The translations under genes and the position numbers were made by a program. 62,703 nucleotides of DNA from Nemertoderma westbladi (taxonomy: Eukaryota > Animalia > Xenacoelomorpha): the NCBI GenBank assembly GCA_032718475.1, contig JAUCBJ010003505.1, positions 1 through 62,703 of the forward strand. The letters are read 5' to 3'. Positions 21,901-31,728 of this stretch are shown piece by piece. Each line of letters opens with the position of its first letter. Position 1 is the stretch's first letter. The notes under the pieces were generated by a model. The model made no database searches and was not told the origin of the DNA. It saw only the letters and a list, made by a program, of their open reading frames with translations.

Positions 21901-23322
21901 ATTTTTTCATACCTGTGGCTGACAGTCCTTCTTTTGTTTTATCTTTTAATATTTACTCGCCACATTCCCCACCATGATTTTTAATTCAATGTAAGTGAGT
22001 GTTTAGGTAAGTTCACTTTAACTCAATGTATGTGAGTGGTCAGGTAAGTTCACTTTAATTCAATGTATGTGAGTGGTCAAGGTAACTTCATTTTAACTCA
22101 ATTTAAGTGAGTGGTCAAGGTAACTTCATTTTAACTCAATTTAAGTGAGTGGTCAGGTAAGTTCTTTTTAACTCAATTTAAGTGAGTGGTCAGGTAAGTT
22201 CATTTTAACTCAATATAAGTGAGTGGTCAAGGTAACTTCATTTTAACTCAATTTAAGTGAGTGGTCAGGTAAGTTCACTTTAACTCAATGTAAGTGAGTG
22301 GTCAGGTGTAACTAGTTCATTTTAACTCAATGTAAGTGTTAAAAGATAAAACAAAAGAAGGACTGTCAGCCACAGGTATGAAAAAATAGTAGGTAATTAG
22401 GCCTAGTACTATATGTATATACTCACTGTATATGTGCGTTATAAATTGATAAAGATAGCCATTGGCTTACGAAACGTCTGCTAGGCCTAATTACCTACTA
22501 TTTTTTCATACCTGTGGCTGACAGTCCTTCTTTTGTTTTATCTTTTAATATTTACTCGCCACATTCCCCACCATGATTTTTAATTCAATGTAAGTGAGTG
22601 TTTAGGTAAGTTCACTTTAACTCAATGTAAGTGAGTGGTCAGGTATAAAGTTCACTTTAACTCAATGTAAGTGAGAGGTCAGGTATAAAGTTCACTTTAA
22701 CTCAATGTAAGTGAGTGTTCAGGTAAGTTCATTTTAACTCAATATAAGTGAGTGGCCAGGTAAGTTCACTTTAATTCAATGTAAGTGAGTGGTCAGGTAA
22801 GTTCACTTTAATTCAATGTAAGTGAGTGGTCAAGGTAACTTCATTTTAACTCAATTTAAGTGAGTGGTCAGGTAAGTTCACTTTAACTCAATTTAAGACA
22901 AAACCTATTGGATAGATTTTTGAATTATAAATGTTTAATTAGATTAATGAAGTAATTAATAAATTTTAATTAATTATAATTTTCAATTAGAACAAATCCT
23001 TTTTATTTATTCTATAGATTTTTGAGATATTTGGAAAACGTTTCCAAAATTAGCGAAAAATGTATCGCATTTGGTTGAATTTCGGTGGGTGAGTAGTAAT
23101 TTGAATCTTAAAAATTTTCCCCTGATAATACTCTCATAAATATAATGATATCTTCTTTGTTTCAAGGCTGCGAACAGATTTAATGACGCGGGAATTCAGG
23201 ACCACAGCTCAAATAGCCAGGGCACCAATGATTGCATTGATTACGAACTATTAGGTAACGCTATGGGCAATGGCAACAACCTGCCAATCAATTATCCGAC
23301 AGGACCACAACTCAACTATTAA
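12948..23322 (+). CDS. Dbx: Dbx (developing brain homeobox) transcription factor, 4 exons, ~356 aa
   Basis: join(12948..13578,15718..15932,18593..18661,23167..23322), all GT-AG and in phase. The homeodomain RGKPRRGMLRRAVFSDAQRRGLERKFRELKYISKPDRKELANKLDLRDSQ|VKIWFQNRRMKWRNSKERE matches the Dbx family, and exon 1 has an eh1-like LKFSIRSIL. The start codon and exon 4 are less certain. Confidence 0.9.
16060..16250 (-). mobile_element. very degraded RTE-like 3' fragment
   Basis: Minus-strand CFRRQDQP and FFKRLFKDT resemble the C-terminus of the copies at ~1900 and ~49790. Confidence 0.45.
16280..16416. repeat. tandem duplication of ~68 bp
   Basis: taataataaacatttttaatatttattat...gaatattttgtt occurs twice. 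Confidence 0.9.
18030..18119. other. 90-nt near-perfect hairpin (mini-MITE or pre-miRNA-like)
   Basis: About 41-bp arms with two mismatches and one bulge, and a ~7-nt loop. Confidence 0.75.
18377..18532. mobile_element. small imperfect palindromic MITE
   Basis: Inverted arms tacatacttg..actttacagtgt and acactgtaaagt..caagtatgta. Confidence 0.55.
21740..21982 (+). mobile_element. inverted-repeat insertion (68-bp arms plus ~30-nt tail), possibly a Penelope-like remnant; copy 1
   Basis: Perfect arms at 21740..21807 and 21882..21949. The spacer contains tgataaag..agcc-att-ggct..cgaaacgt. Confidence 0.6.
22339..22581 (+). mobile_element. inverted-repeat insertion, copy 2
   Basis: Near-identical to 21740..21982, offset by 599 bp, with the same junctions. 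Confidence 0.6.
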
Positions 23323-23451
23323 TATCTTCAATATGTAAATCATCTAACTCTATTTCATTGTGGACATTCAGGCTATATGGGGGTATACTTACTTACCTAT
23401 CTTACTATCTCCTTTAATATAACAACAATGTTTAGCAAGTAGGAGACCCCT

Positions 23452-23811
23452 CTAATTTTTTTCAAATTTTAATCATATGCTGTCGAAATTTGGTATGCTG
23501 ATAGTTCGACAACTTTTCTTACTGCAGACAGAGCCGGATTTTTAAATTTTTGCGCTATTTCCATACAACAGCCGTTAAATAACGACTTTATAGCAATACT
23601 TAACCATCTCTGTACGCTTTATTTTTTAGCTTTACAAATATTTGTCATATTCAGTCATATTGCTAAAAAGGCGTTTATTAACGGCTTGTTGTATCGAAAT
23701 AGCTTAGAATTTAAAAATACGGCTACGGTTCTACCAGCAGTAAGAAAAGTTGTCGAACTATCATCGTACCAAATTTCGTAGCAAATGATTGAAATTTGAA
23801 AAAAAAACTAG
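23452..23811. mobile_element. foldback/MITE with ~150-bp imperfect inverted arms
   Basis: For example tgatagttcgacaacttttcttactgc pairs with gcagtaagaaaagttgtcgaactatca. Confidence 0.75.
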
Positions 23812-25024
23812 GTGATTTTTACTCGCTAAAAATGGTTGTATCAAGGGATCTGGTGTACTCAATGATTGGTTTTATCGATTGTGAATTTGTGATTATATTT
23901 TTATTGGTGATTTTTTTAATTTATATTTATATTTTGTTTTTATTCTTAACTTTATTTAGATTCGGTCAATTAGTTTAGCACTATTTATATGCGTACCGGT
24001 AAGTAATTTATTTCTGGTGTATAATATTTATTATTGTCCGTTAGTAAAATTTATTTGGTGAACTCTCTTGTAGTTAACATTATTATCATCAATTTCTTCA
24101 ACAAATATTGTTATTGGTCACCAGGTTAATAGGAAAGATATAGCGCATATGAAGCTGACTGAGTAGACTACATTGTGTGACAGACAGTATAATTATTGAT
24201 GTAGCATAAAGTATAACTTTATGGCAGTTATTTATGGACATACTAAAAATAATTATTTTTAATAAAATTTTAACAGGTAAACAACAAAATATTCAGTTTC
24301 TACACAATATATTAGTTATAATTAAATAAGGGCAAGGAGCGGGTTTAAAGGACACGTTATTCTAACCAAAACAATAAACGAGATTGAATACCACGTGTTA
24401 CAGTTTTATTTTTGGAGATAAAAATTAATTTTAGTGAAAATAAATAAAAGAAAGTATTTTTTGTTCTCCTTGTAATCCGCATTTCCTCGAATAAATAATT
24501 AAAACCCGTTGCTAAGGACATTGACAATACCGCTAACTTTGAAAGGCGTTTTCACTTGGTTGCTATGGTATTTTCAAAAAACTAAATATGCTATTAAATT
24601 TTTCATATCCATAATAATAATCTTCCATAAATTGAAATTCGTCATATCTACTATAAGAGCTGTTGCTATGGCAATTTCCTTTGTTGCTATGTTAAAGACA
24701 CCTCTAAAAAACCAGCGCAACCGATTAGTGAAGTCTATCCAAATTTTTTTATAATGTTCCCATATCTGTACTAAATATCTATGTAGGGTAGCTCAGTCAT
24801 ATAAAATGAATAAAAAAAAATAAAAAAAATTTAGAATAAAATGACATAATATAAGTATAAACAATCTACGACTTAACAAGATTTTTAAGTTCTCATTTAT
24901 AATTCGCTCTGGTGCGGTGCTCAGATTTTAAACTGGCCTAACAGTGTAATCCTGCAAAGTGCTTCATTATAAAACTTAAGTAAATGGTTGTTTATCAAAT
25001 GTTTGTTTCAAACAATGTTGATGT

Positions 25025-28000
25025 TCACACTAAATCATTATAGCCACTGTTCTTAACAGCTTCCCGTATCGCGATGCTCATCTTCTCCTGATACCAACGC
25101 TGTTCTTTGTAATAATCCTTTCCTTTTGGGCCTTTCTTTCTGAGGTTCTTGCTCATAACATCCAGAACAAGTTCGTAGACCTTAACGCCTTGAGAAACTG
25201 ATGCCACTTTCTTAAAATTATCCCAGTTAGCTAAACTTGCGATTAACGTGTGATCTTTCATCAAAGGGAAATATTCCGATTTCGTAAAATGACCATCCCA
25301 AATTGACACTTTGACAGACCCGTGAATCTTATGCAATTTATCAGTCGCCTTTGAAATGGCCCATTTCATTGACTTTTCAACCGTCATTCGCGAAATATTA
25401 GACAGCAAAAGTTCTGAAGGTTTACCTTCGAAAAGAGGCAACATATGAACCGCCGAGTTAACGCTCATGTTACGGAAGAGTTGCACTGCCGTCCATCCAA
25501 TGAAACTATCATCATCGAGTTCCAACTGGGAGCCACCTACTGGCGGTTTTACTTCCCCTGGCCCTAGACCACTCTTATCTCTCAAATATTGCCCATTAAA
25601 TCCTACAACTTGTAATAAAAGACAAGTGTTTTCGTCGTATTGAGGATATACAGTGAACTCTTCATCATTCCAACTCGGTGCCGTCAATTTACTAGAATAA
25701 TTGAGTTTGTCAGTCAAAAACATATCATCAGGTAGTTTGGCATCGTCAAGTGTTTTAATCTCACGGGATTCGTATCCTTCATGGACGGTGGCTAACAGCT
25801 GACAGTATCGTGTGTTGGATAAACCGTAGCCGTTCTCGAGTTTGATTTGAACTCCTGCGGCGACATCATAATGAACGCTTCCTTTTAAGTCAATAAATCC
25901 ACAATCGGAAGTTAATCCAATGTTCATTTTCTCTCTCATATATTCCACTGCCCCATTTTCATCATGTACAGGAGATCGAGGGGTTATTTTATCAATTTTA
26001 TCATCAATCGTTTCATCTTTAACTTCGCAATTTTTATTTTCCTCTACTTTTGGAGGACCTTCAAGATTATTTTCTGATTTACTTTCACCTTCACCACTGA
26101 CTAAAGATGATTGACGGCCCGACGCATTGATTTTGGTTTCTGACCCATTTTCGTTTTCTCCACTTGCCAAAGACTTTTCTGATTGCGTATCTTGAACAGA
26201 ATTTTCATGATTCGATGGATTTTGTTTTTCTACGGTAATTTTCATTGAAATTTCATTTTCCTGCAATCTCTTTACAGCTTCCAGTACCGTTGTGGGAAAT
26301 AGGCGGTACTGAAGGAATGACGATATGGCCTTGATTTCCGAGCTGTTAGGTACACAATCAGATGATTTGTAATAACCGCTATCATAAGATGGTGGTTCGA
26401 CGTGGTCGTCTGTGTGAGGAAGTATTCTTATGAGCGCAGACAGCCCGGGACATCGCGGGTTCTTACTAAAACTCTCCACTCCGAAGCTGACCTTCGGGTC
26501 TGCCTTGCCATGTTTCAGTGGCAGCTGATAACCGCCAACATCCAGCGTTGGTTTGTTGTTAACAATCTGAAACAGCGGGAGTATAGAAGATCCAACTTCA
26601 CATAGAACAATTCCATTGGTGTCCATGGTAAAGCATTTTACGAAAAGCAATGTTTTTGCATTTAACGTTGATTCGGTGTCATTTATAACAATTTTTGTAT
26701 TAAATTCTGGATTCCTTGCAGGCGATTTTGGTAACGGATATGCTAAATATTTATTATTTTCACCTTCAGGCATTAGTGTGATTGTTACAACAGCGAATGA
26801 TGCGTTATCTGGTATCCATCTTAATCCATCTACATAAATATCGAATACCGAATTGTCCGGAGCAAGTGGTAACGATGTAGGTGTTGGGGATTCATAAGGT
26901 ATCCAAATGGCATTTAATGGCACTGAAACAAATATATGCTCGCGGCGTTTTTTTCTTCCTTGCGGATTTGGGGAAGGGGTGAAAGAGTTGAAGGAAATGT
27001 AAGATTCTGGTTTCACTGCCGTTTTCATAATATTGTTCTCGGAAGGCTGATTTCGAACATGAGCTTTTGGAAGAGAACCAGGTAATAACGGAATGCGGTG
27101 CTCCCCTGGAGTTAGATACCAATGTGTTTCGAATTGATTATCAGTAATGGAAGCATTGCTCTCAAATTTAGTTAATCCATAGCCAATGTCACAAGCCGTT
27201 GGAGATTGGGCTAGGATGTAGTCATTGTCACCTTTAGAGTTTGCGTACAAAACTCTTACAACTATTAGCGGCTGCCTTGTATGACTACTGGTAGCGTATT
27301 CTTCATTGAGGAAATTGGAGAACATCATTTTTTCAAACGGAAACTCAAGTATATACAAGGTCTGACCATCGTTATCTGTTACCCTTTCCATAATGTTGGG
27401 TATTGTGTGCGACTGCAAAGCTCGTAGTTTGATGTTGCCATAGTAAATACAAACCAACAATCTAAAATATTTCGCACTGAGATCCATACACGGTTCTTCG
27501 CCAAAGCGCATTTCCAATCGGAACATCTCGACCCCAATAGGAATTATAATCCCGAGATCTTTTCTCGTAGAGTTTTTGGTTGGCCCTTCGGGCCAATTTA
27601 TTTCATTATCGTTATCGTTATCGTCGGTGTCGATGTCGGTATCAGTGTCAACTGGTGTTGGGATTGATGGGGGAACAACTGGAGGTGTATTAGGCTTTGG
27701 TGAAGGCAGCGATGGTAAACTAGAGGATGAGCATGATGTCTCCCTCTTTGTTCCTTGGGACAAGGAAGAAGGGGGTAGAGCTTTCTTTCTACTAGACCTC
27801 GGACTTGGTAATTCATCTGGAGGACTCGCTTGTTGAATATCATTTTTATATTGTGAAACCTCTTCATCAGAACCTGATGCGCATTGCCACGGAGGTGGTC
27901 TGTAACTATTCATATCTGATATGGACTCCAATTCATCACCTTTCATGGCACATTGAATGGCCGACTGAATGTCCTTTGTATACAGCCTACAAGGCATATT

Positions 28001-29557
28001 CAAAAGGATGTTTTTTAAGTCTTTAAATGTTTCAACATCTTGCAGAGTACTTTTAAGTAATAACATTAAAGCGAAACACACATTCTCAAATGTTGCATTT
28101 TCAAAGTTTGTCATAAATAAAAGATCCCACACCAGCATCATAGGCGCTGTTTCCAATATACCCACAAATCCATCCCCAATCCATTTTCTAACAAATATCA
28201 ACATGTTTGTTAATGGCTCAATGCTCTCTATCTCTTCTACTTTCTCGATATTATGTTTCATTGATGCAACAATACCACGACCCCGCAACTTTTCGACATG
28301 AAGCATTTCAACGATTATTTTGTTATCAATTGGACTCTCCATGTTACAGCTGAGATTGTCCAAAAATCCGAACAGTTTTGGATCATATTGGTACAATAAT
28401 TTTATCACATTTTCCGCGCAAATTTGTATTTGCGGCCATCTCGGATAAACATCTAATAGAAACGTAAGAAACATGCACAGATTATAGGTATGTTGAATTT
28501 CTTGTTGTTTTTGTGTGAACGCTATCTGTAATGGATATAAGCGGTGAACGTGGTAGGGTTCATAGAATCTGTTGCATGTATAAAACACATTTAATACATT
28601 AATTGTTTCTTTGCTAAAAGTGTCATAGTTTCCAGTTATTCCCGATAAAGCCATTGTGTCAGTTACTGATGTTTCAATGAGTTTAGCAATGGGCGATTGT
28701 GTTGCATCTGTTATATTAAATTCCCTCAAACCGTTCGACAATTCGTTGTCAAATCTCTCACGCAGTTGCTTTTCGATTGATTCTCTTTTGCCAATACCGA
28801 GTCGATGACGTTCGCTTTGTTGCAGTACCTCAGTCCATATCAATGGACGAAGAGTGGACGGGAGGATGAGTGTCCGTAACGCCACACATACATCGGGGAT
28901 CCTTTTGGGATTATCCTCGAGGAATAACCGCATAGCATTACCGGTTTTAAGAGAACATTCGGTCCAATCGTCACCTATTATGGATCTTTCTCCTGGCCAG
29001 TTGGTTGATCTCCTTGTTGAATAAGTTAACTCTCTTCGAGGAGAAATTATCTGCAGGTCGAATTCTTCTCGGCCCATTTTCCGTTTCTCTGCTGATTTTC
29101 CATTCAAATGATTTCCAATTTTGTTAACCCAATTTTGACATTTCCTGTAAGTTTCTTTAGCAAAAATCATATACTCATCACTCATTCCGCTATTACAAGA
29201 TGTGTCTTTGTCATCATTTTCCCCTTGATCATTAGCCGCTTTCATCATCTCGCCTTGCAGGTATAGTTCAGCTTCCACTTCCAGTTTCTCTGCTGTATCT
29301 TTATCGATGTGTGATTTATTGGATAGATATTCCTGACTGTATTGCGGGAAGTATCGTATAACGAACGCTCCCCCGAGGACCTTTAAGATAACACGTCTTT
29401 CTTGAAAGTCGCCGCCTTGTATTTTTGGCGTGATATTTTCGACAAATGTTTTTAGTATTTTATCTTTCAGGGCGTGCCACGGTGCTCCTGGTAGCAATGT
29501 CTCTAGTTGTAGAGATTCTCGTAGAATCTCATAACCTCGTGAACTCTTTCTACTCAT
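25025..29557 (-). CDS. uncharacterised 1510-aa single-exon protein with a Rab-GAP TBC-like region, a Pro/Ser/Asp-rich linker and C2-like C-terminal regions
   Basis: A 4.5-kb ORF in AT-rich DNA. LPSTLRPLIW and FVRKWIGDGFVG..MLVWDLLF resemble TBC helices. FDIYVDGLRWIPDN and IGWTAVQLF resemble C2-like strands. Domain calls are by eye. Confidence 0.8.
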   Translation of the reverse strand: MSRKSSRGYEILRESLQLETLLPGAPWHALKDKILKTFVENITPKIQGGDFQERRVILKVLGGAFVIRYFPQYSQEYLSNKSHIDKDTAEKLEVEAELYLQGEMMKAANDQGENDDKDTSCNSGMSDEYMIFAKETYRKCQNWVNKIGNHLNGKSAEKRKMGREEFDLQIISPRRELTYSTRRSTNWPGERSIIGDDWTECSLKTGNAMRLFLEDNPKRIPDVCVALRTLILPSTLRPLIWTEVLQQSERHRLGIGKRESIEKQLRERFDNELSNGLREFNITDATQSPIAKLIETSVTDTMALSGITGNYDTFSKETINVLNVFYTCNRFYEPYHVHRLYPLQIAFTQKQQEIQHTYNLCMFLTFLLDVYPRWPQIQICAENVIKLLYQYDPKLFGFLDNLSCNMESPIDNKIIVEMLHVEKLRGRGIVASMKHNIEKVEEIESIEPLTNMLIFVRKWIGDGFVGILETAPMMLVWDLLFMTNFENATFENVCFALMLLLKSTLQDVETFKDLKNILLNMPCRLYTKDIQSAIQCAMKGDELESISDMNSYRPPPWQCASGSDEEVSQYKNDIQQASPPDELPSPRSSRKKALPPSSLSQGTKRETSCSSSSLPSLPSPKPNTPPVVPPSIPTPVDTDTDIDTDDNDNDNEINWPEGPTKNSTRKDLGIIIPIGVEMFRLEMRFGEEPCMDLSAKYFRLLVCIYYGNIKLRALQSHTIPNIMERVTDNDGQTLYILEFPFEKMMFSNFLNEEYATSSHTRQPLIVVRVLYANSKGDNDYILAQSPTACDIGYGLTKFESNASITDNQFETHWYLTPGEHRIPLLPGSLPKAHVRNQPSENNIMKTAVKPESYISFNSFTPSPNPQGRKKRREHIFVSVPLNAIWIPYESPTPTSLPLAPDNSVFDIYVDGLRWIPDNASFAVVTITLMPEGENNKYLAYPLPKSPARNPEFNTKIVINDTESTLNAKTLLFVKCFTMDTNGIVLCEVGSSILPLFQIVNNKPTLDVGGYQLPLKHGKADPKVSFGVESFSKNPRCPGLSALIRILPHTDDHVEPPSYDSGYYKSSDCVPNSSEIKAISSFLQYRLFPTTVLEAVKRLQENEISMKITVEKQNPSNHENSVQDTQSEKSLASGENENGSETKINASGRQSSLVSGEGESKSENNLEGPPKVEENKNCEVKDETIDDKIDKITPRSPVHDENGAVEYMREKMNIGLTSDCGFIDLKGSVHYDVAAGVQIKLENGYGLSNTRYCQLLATVHEGYESREIKTLDDAKLPDDMFLTDKLNYSSKLTAPSWNDEEFTVYPQYDENTCLLLQVVGFNGQYLRDKSGLGPGEVKPPVGGSQLELDDDSFIGWTAVQLFRNMSVNSAVHMLPLFEGKPSELLLSNISRMTVEKSMKWAISKATDKLHKIHGSVKVSIWDGHFTKSEYFPLMKDHTLIASLANWDNFKKVASVSQGVKVYELVLDVMSKNLRKKGPKGKDYYKEQRWYQEKMSIAIREAVKNSGYNDLV

Positions 29558-31728
29558 TTCTGTAATAAATTCTGCAACATAGTAAATATCTGAGCATTTT
29601 AGTTAAGTTAATAAAGTTGATTGACGAGCCATTAAATATAGCGTAACAATTATTGTAGTCAGTAAACTGTTGACAATTACAATTACAGTACTTAGTGTAA
29701 TTTAATCTCTACGAAATTAATCAGAGACCGTGATGAATTTCGTAGAGAAGGCCTACACCAGTAAGCTACACATGGCGTATCGCATAGAATTCAATGTTCA
29801 TTAACAAATAAGGTATTTTACAAGATCTGTAACATCTTATTGCCAAATCCAAGCACCGCCCTGCAGGTACTGCAGATAAGTCTTGCCGGCTACTACCATC
29901 GTGGAACGGATCAGCCTCTGCATGATGCTGCAGCAGACAAGGGAAAAGGCATATTAGTTGTTCGGGCCTATTTAAATTTGTATACAAATGTATACAAATT
30001 ACAAATTATAAATATAGTATACAATTTTTCTTTCAAAGTGCATCACTTACAAACATTATGTAAAACCAGCAGGGAAGGATTTATTGACTTTTGCAAATTT
30101 TTAAAATTATTGTTTTCTCTTGTGTTTATATTACTATATTGTAGTTCTTAATCTCGAAATGTTATATGTAGGAATATAATATACCAATTTAAATTTAACA
30201 TTATAAAATATAAAATATCTATTTTATAAATATATTTTCACGGAGTTATAGAGAGACGGTGACTTATGTGCGAATAGCAGCTGAATTTAGTTCAACCACT
30301 ACACAGTGAAATATAAAAATGTCTGAAATATTTAGTATTTGAAAAAAAATCCTCCAAATAATACTTGTTATTTCACAAAAACTTATTCTTAATCACTGCA
30401 CCAATTGAAGAATTGGAGCACGAGGAATAAAAGGAAAGCAAGAAGGCATATCCCTTATGTATGTAGGCCTATCGCTTTGATAACTTTGCCTAACTTTCAA
30501 TCTTTTCTAGAGGTAACCTGTACATTTAGAAAGTTCTGGATATTTAACTTACAATGTAGGCCTGAAAGGTTACCATGGATACATTTATTATTTATCACAA
30601 ATAACTTTGCTGGCAATTTAATACTGTATTAACACCACCTGCTAGGTGCTAATGTTATACAGTAGATTACCGCAACTGCTATTTGAATCTTTATGGAGGC
30701 TCCACCTGCCATTGTATTTTAGAAGTAAGTACTATAATAGTTTATTCCATTATTGCAAACACCATCAGGGACGGACATAGAAAATGATAATTCATGTTCA
30801 GTTTTTTTTATTATATGATAGATTTTAATTATTATGCAATATGTAAGTTTCTGTGCGGAAAAGTAGCAGGTGTAACAATAGATGACGAACAGAAGGTATT
30901 TTGGGTATAATATACAGACTGTGTGGCTATATAGAGAGAAAGTGGCTTATGTGATGTGAATGATTATCTTGAAGTATTTTTATTTATATAATATATGGAA
31001 TTAATTGCGCGCTACCAAATCGTACAGTAGTGCGACATCATTTCTCAATATGTCCAGGACTTATAGAACTTAGTATTTATTCTACAGTATAATAGAACAT
31101 AAAAATCTAAACGAATTTAGTCTTACCTCCCCAACCCCCCCCCCCCCCCCCCCCCCGGAACAATTTCAGAAATTTTTTCTAAACTTTTTTCATACAGTAT
31201 GTAAAATGTACTGTAACGTTTGCGGTACAGTCCTTCCCTTCTTGTAAGAGAGTATTAATTAACCACTAATACACTATTATTATTTAGTCAATTATGTTAG
31301 AAGTCTAATAGCACTAGGGGATGATATTCAGGTATTCACTGTTCAGGCTGTCAGCGTCAGGCATTATTCATTCATTGTTATAGGCCTAATCATACATATC
31401 ATCATTATTATGCAATAAGTTTGAACTCAGTCACATTACTGCATTACAATTCAGATAGGCCTATTTACAGATTACAGTAGAACAGTAGTACAGTAATACC
31501 GGTACCGGATTTATGATTTACTTATTTAGGCCTAATTATCAAACAGAACCCGAACTGACTGACTGTGTACTGATACGCAACGCTGAACTATACTGCTATA
31601 TCTGAATTTGAAGCTGATCCTGCCAGCCCTGCATCGGCAGCCTACTATTCCTGAGTCCCTGACTGCCTGATACATCAGTACATTGATTGATTGCTGCTTG
31701 CGTGCTTGCTGTGTATTTAATTTTTACC

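Larger units (their letters stand above)
18659..22896 (+). repeat. 37-bp intronic minisatellite (~100 units) starting exactly at the Dbx intron-3 donor
   Basis: Unit GTAAGTTCACTTTAACTCAATGTAAGTGAGTGGTCAG. Confidence 0.97.

Noticed and set aside
18659-22896. CRISPR-like array (37-bp repeats)
   Set aside because: The units are head-to-tail with no unique spacers, there are no cas genes, and the context is a eukaryotic intron.
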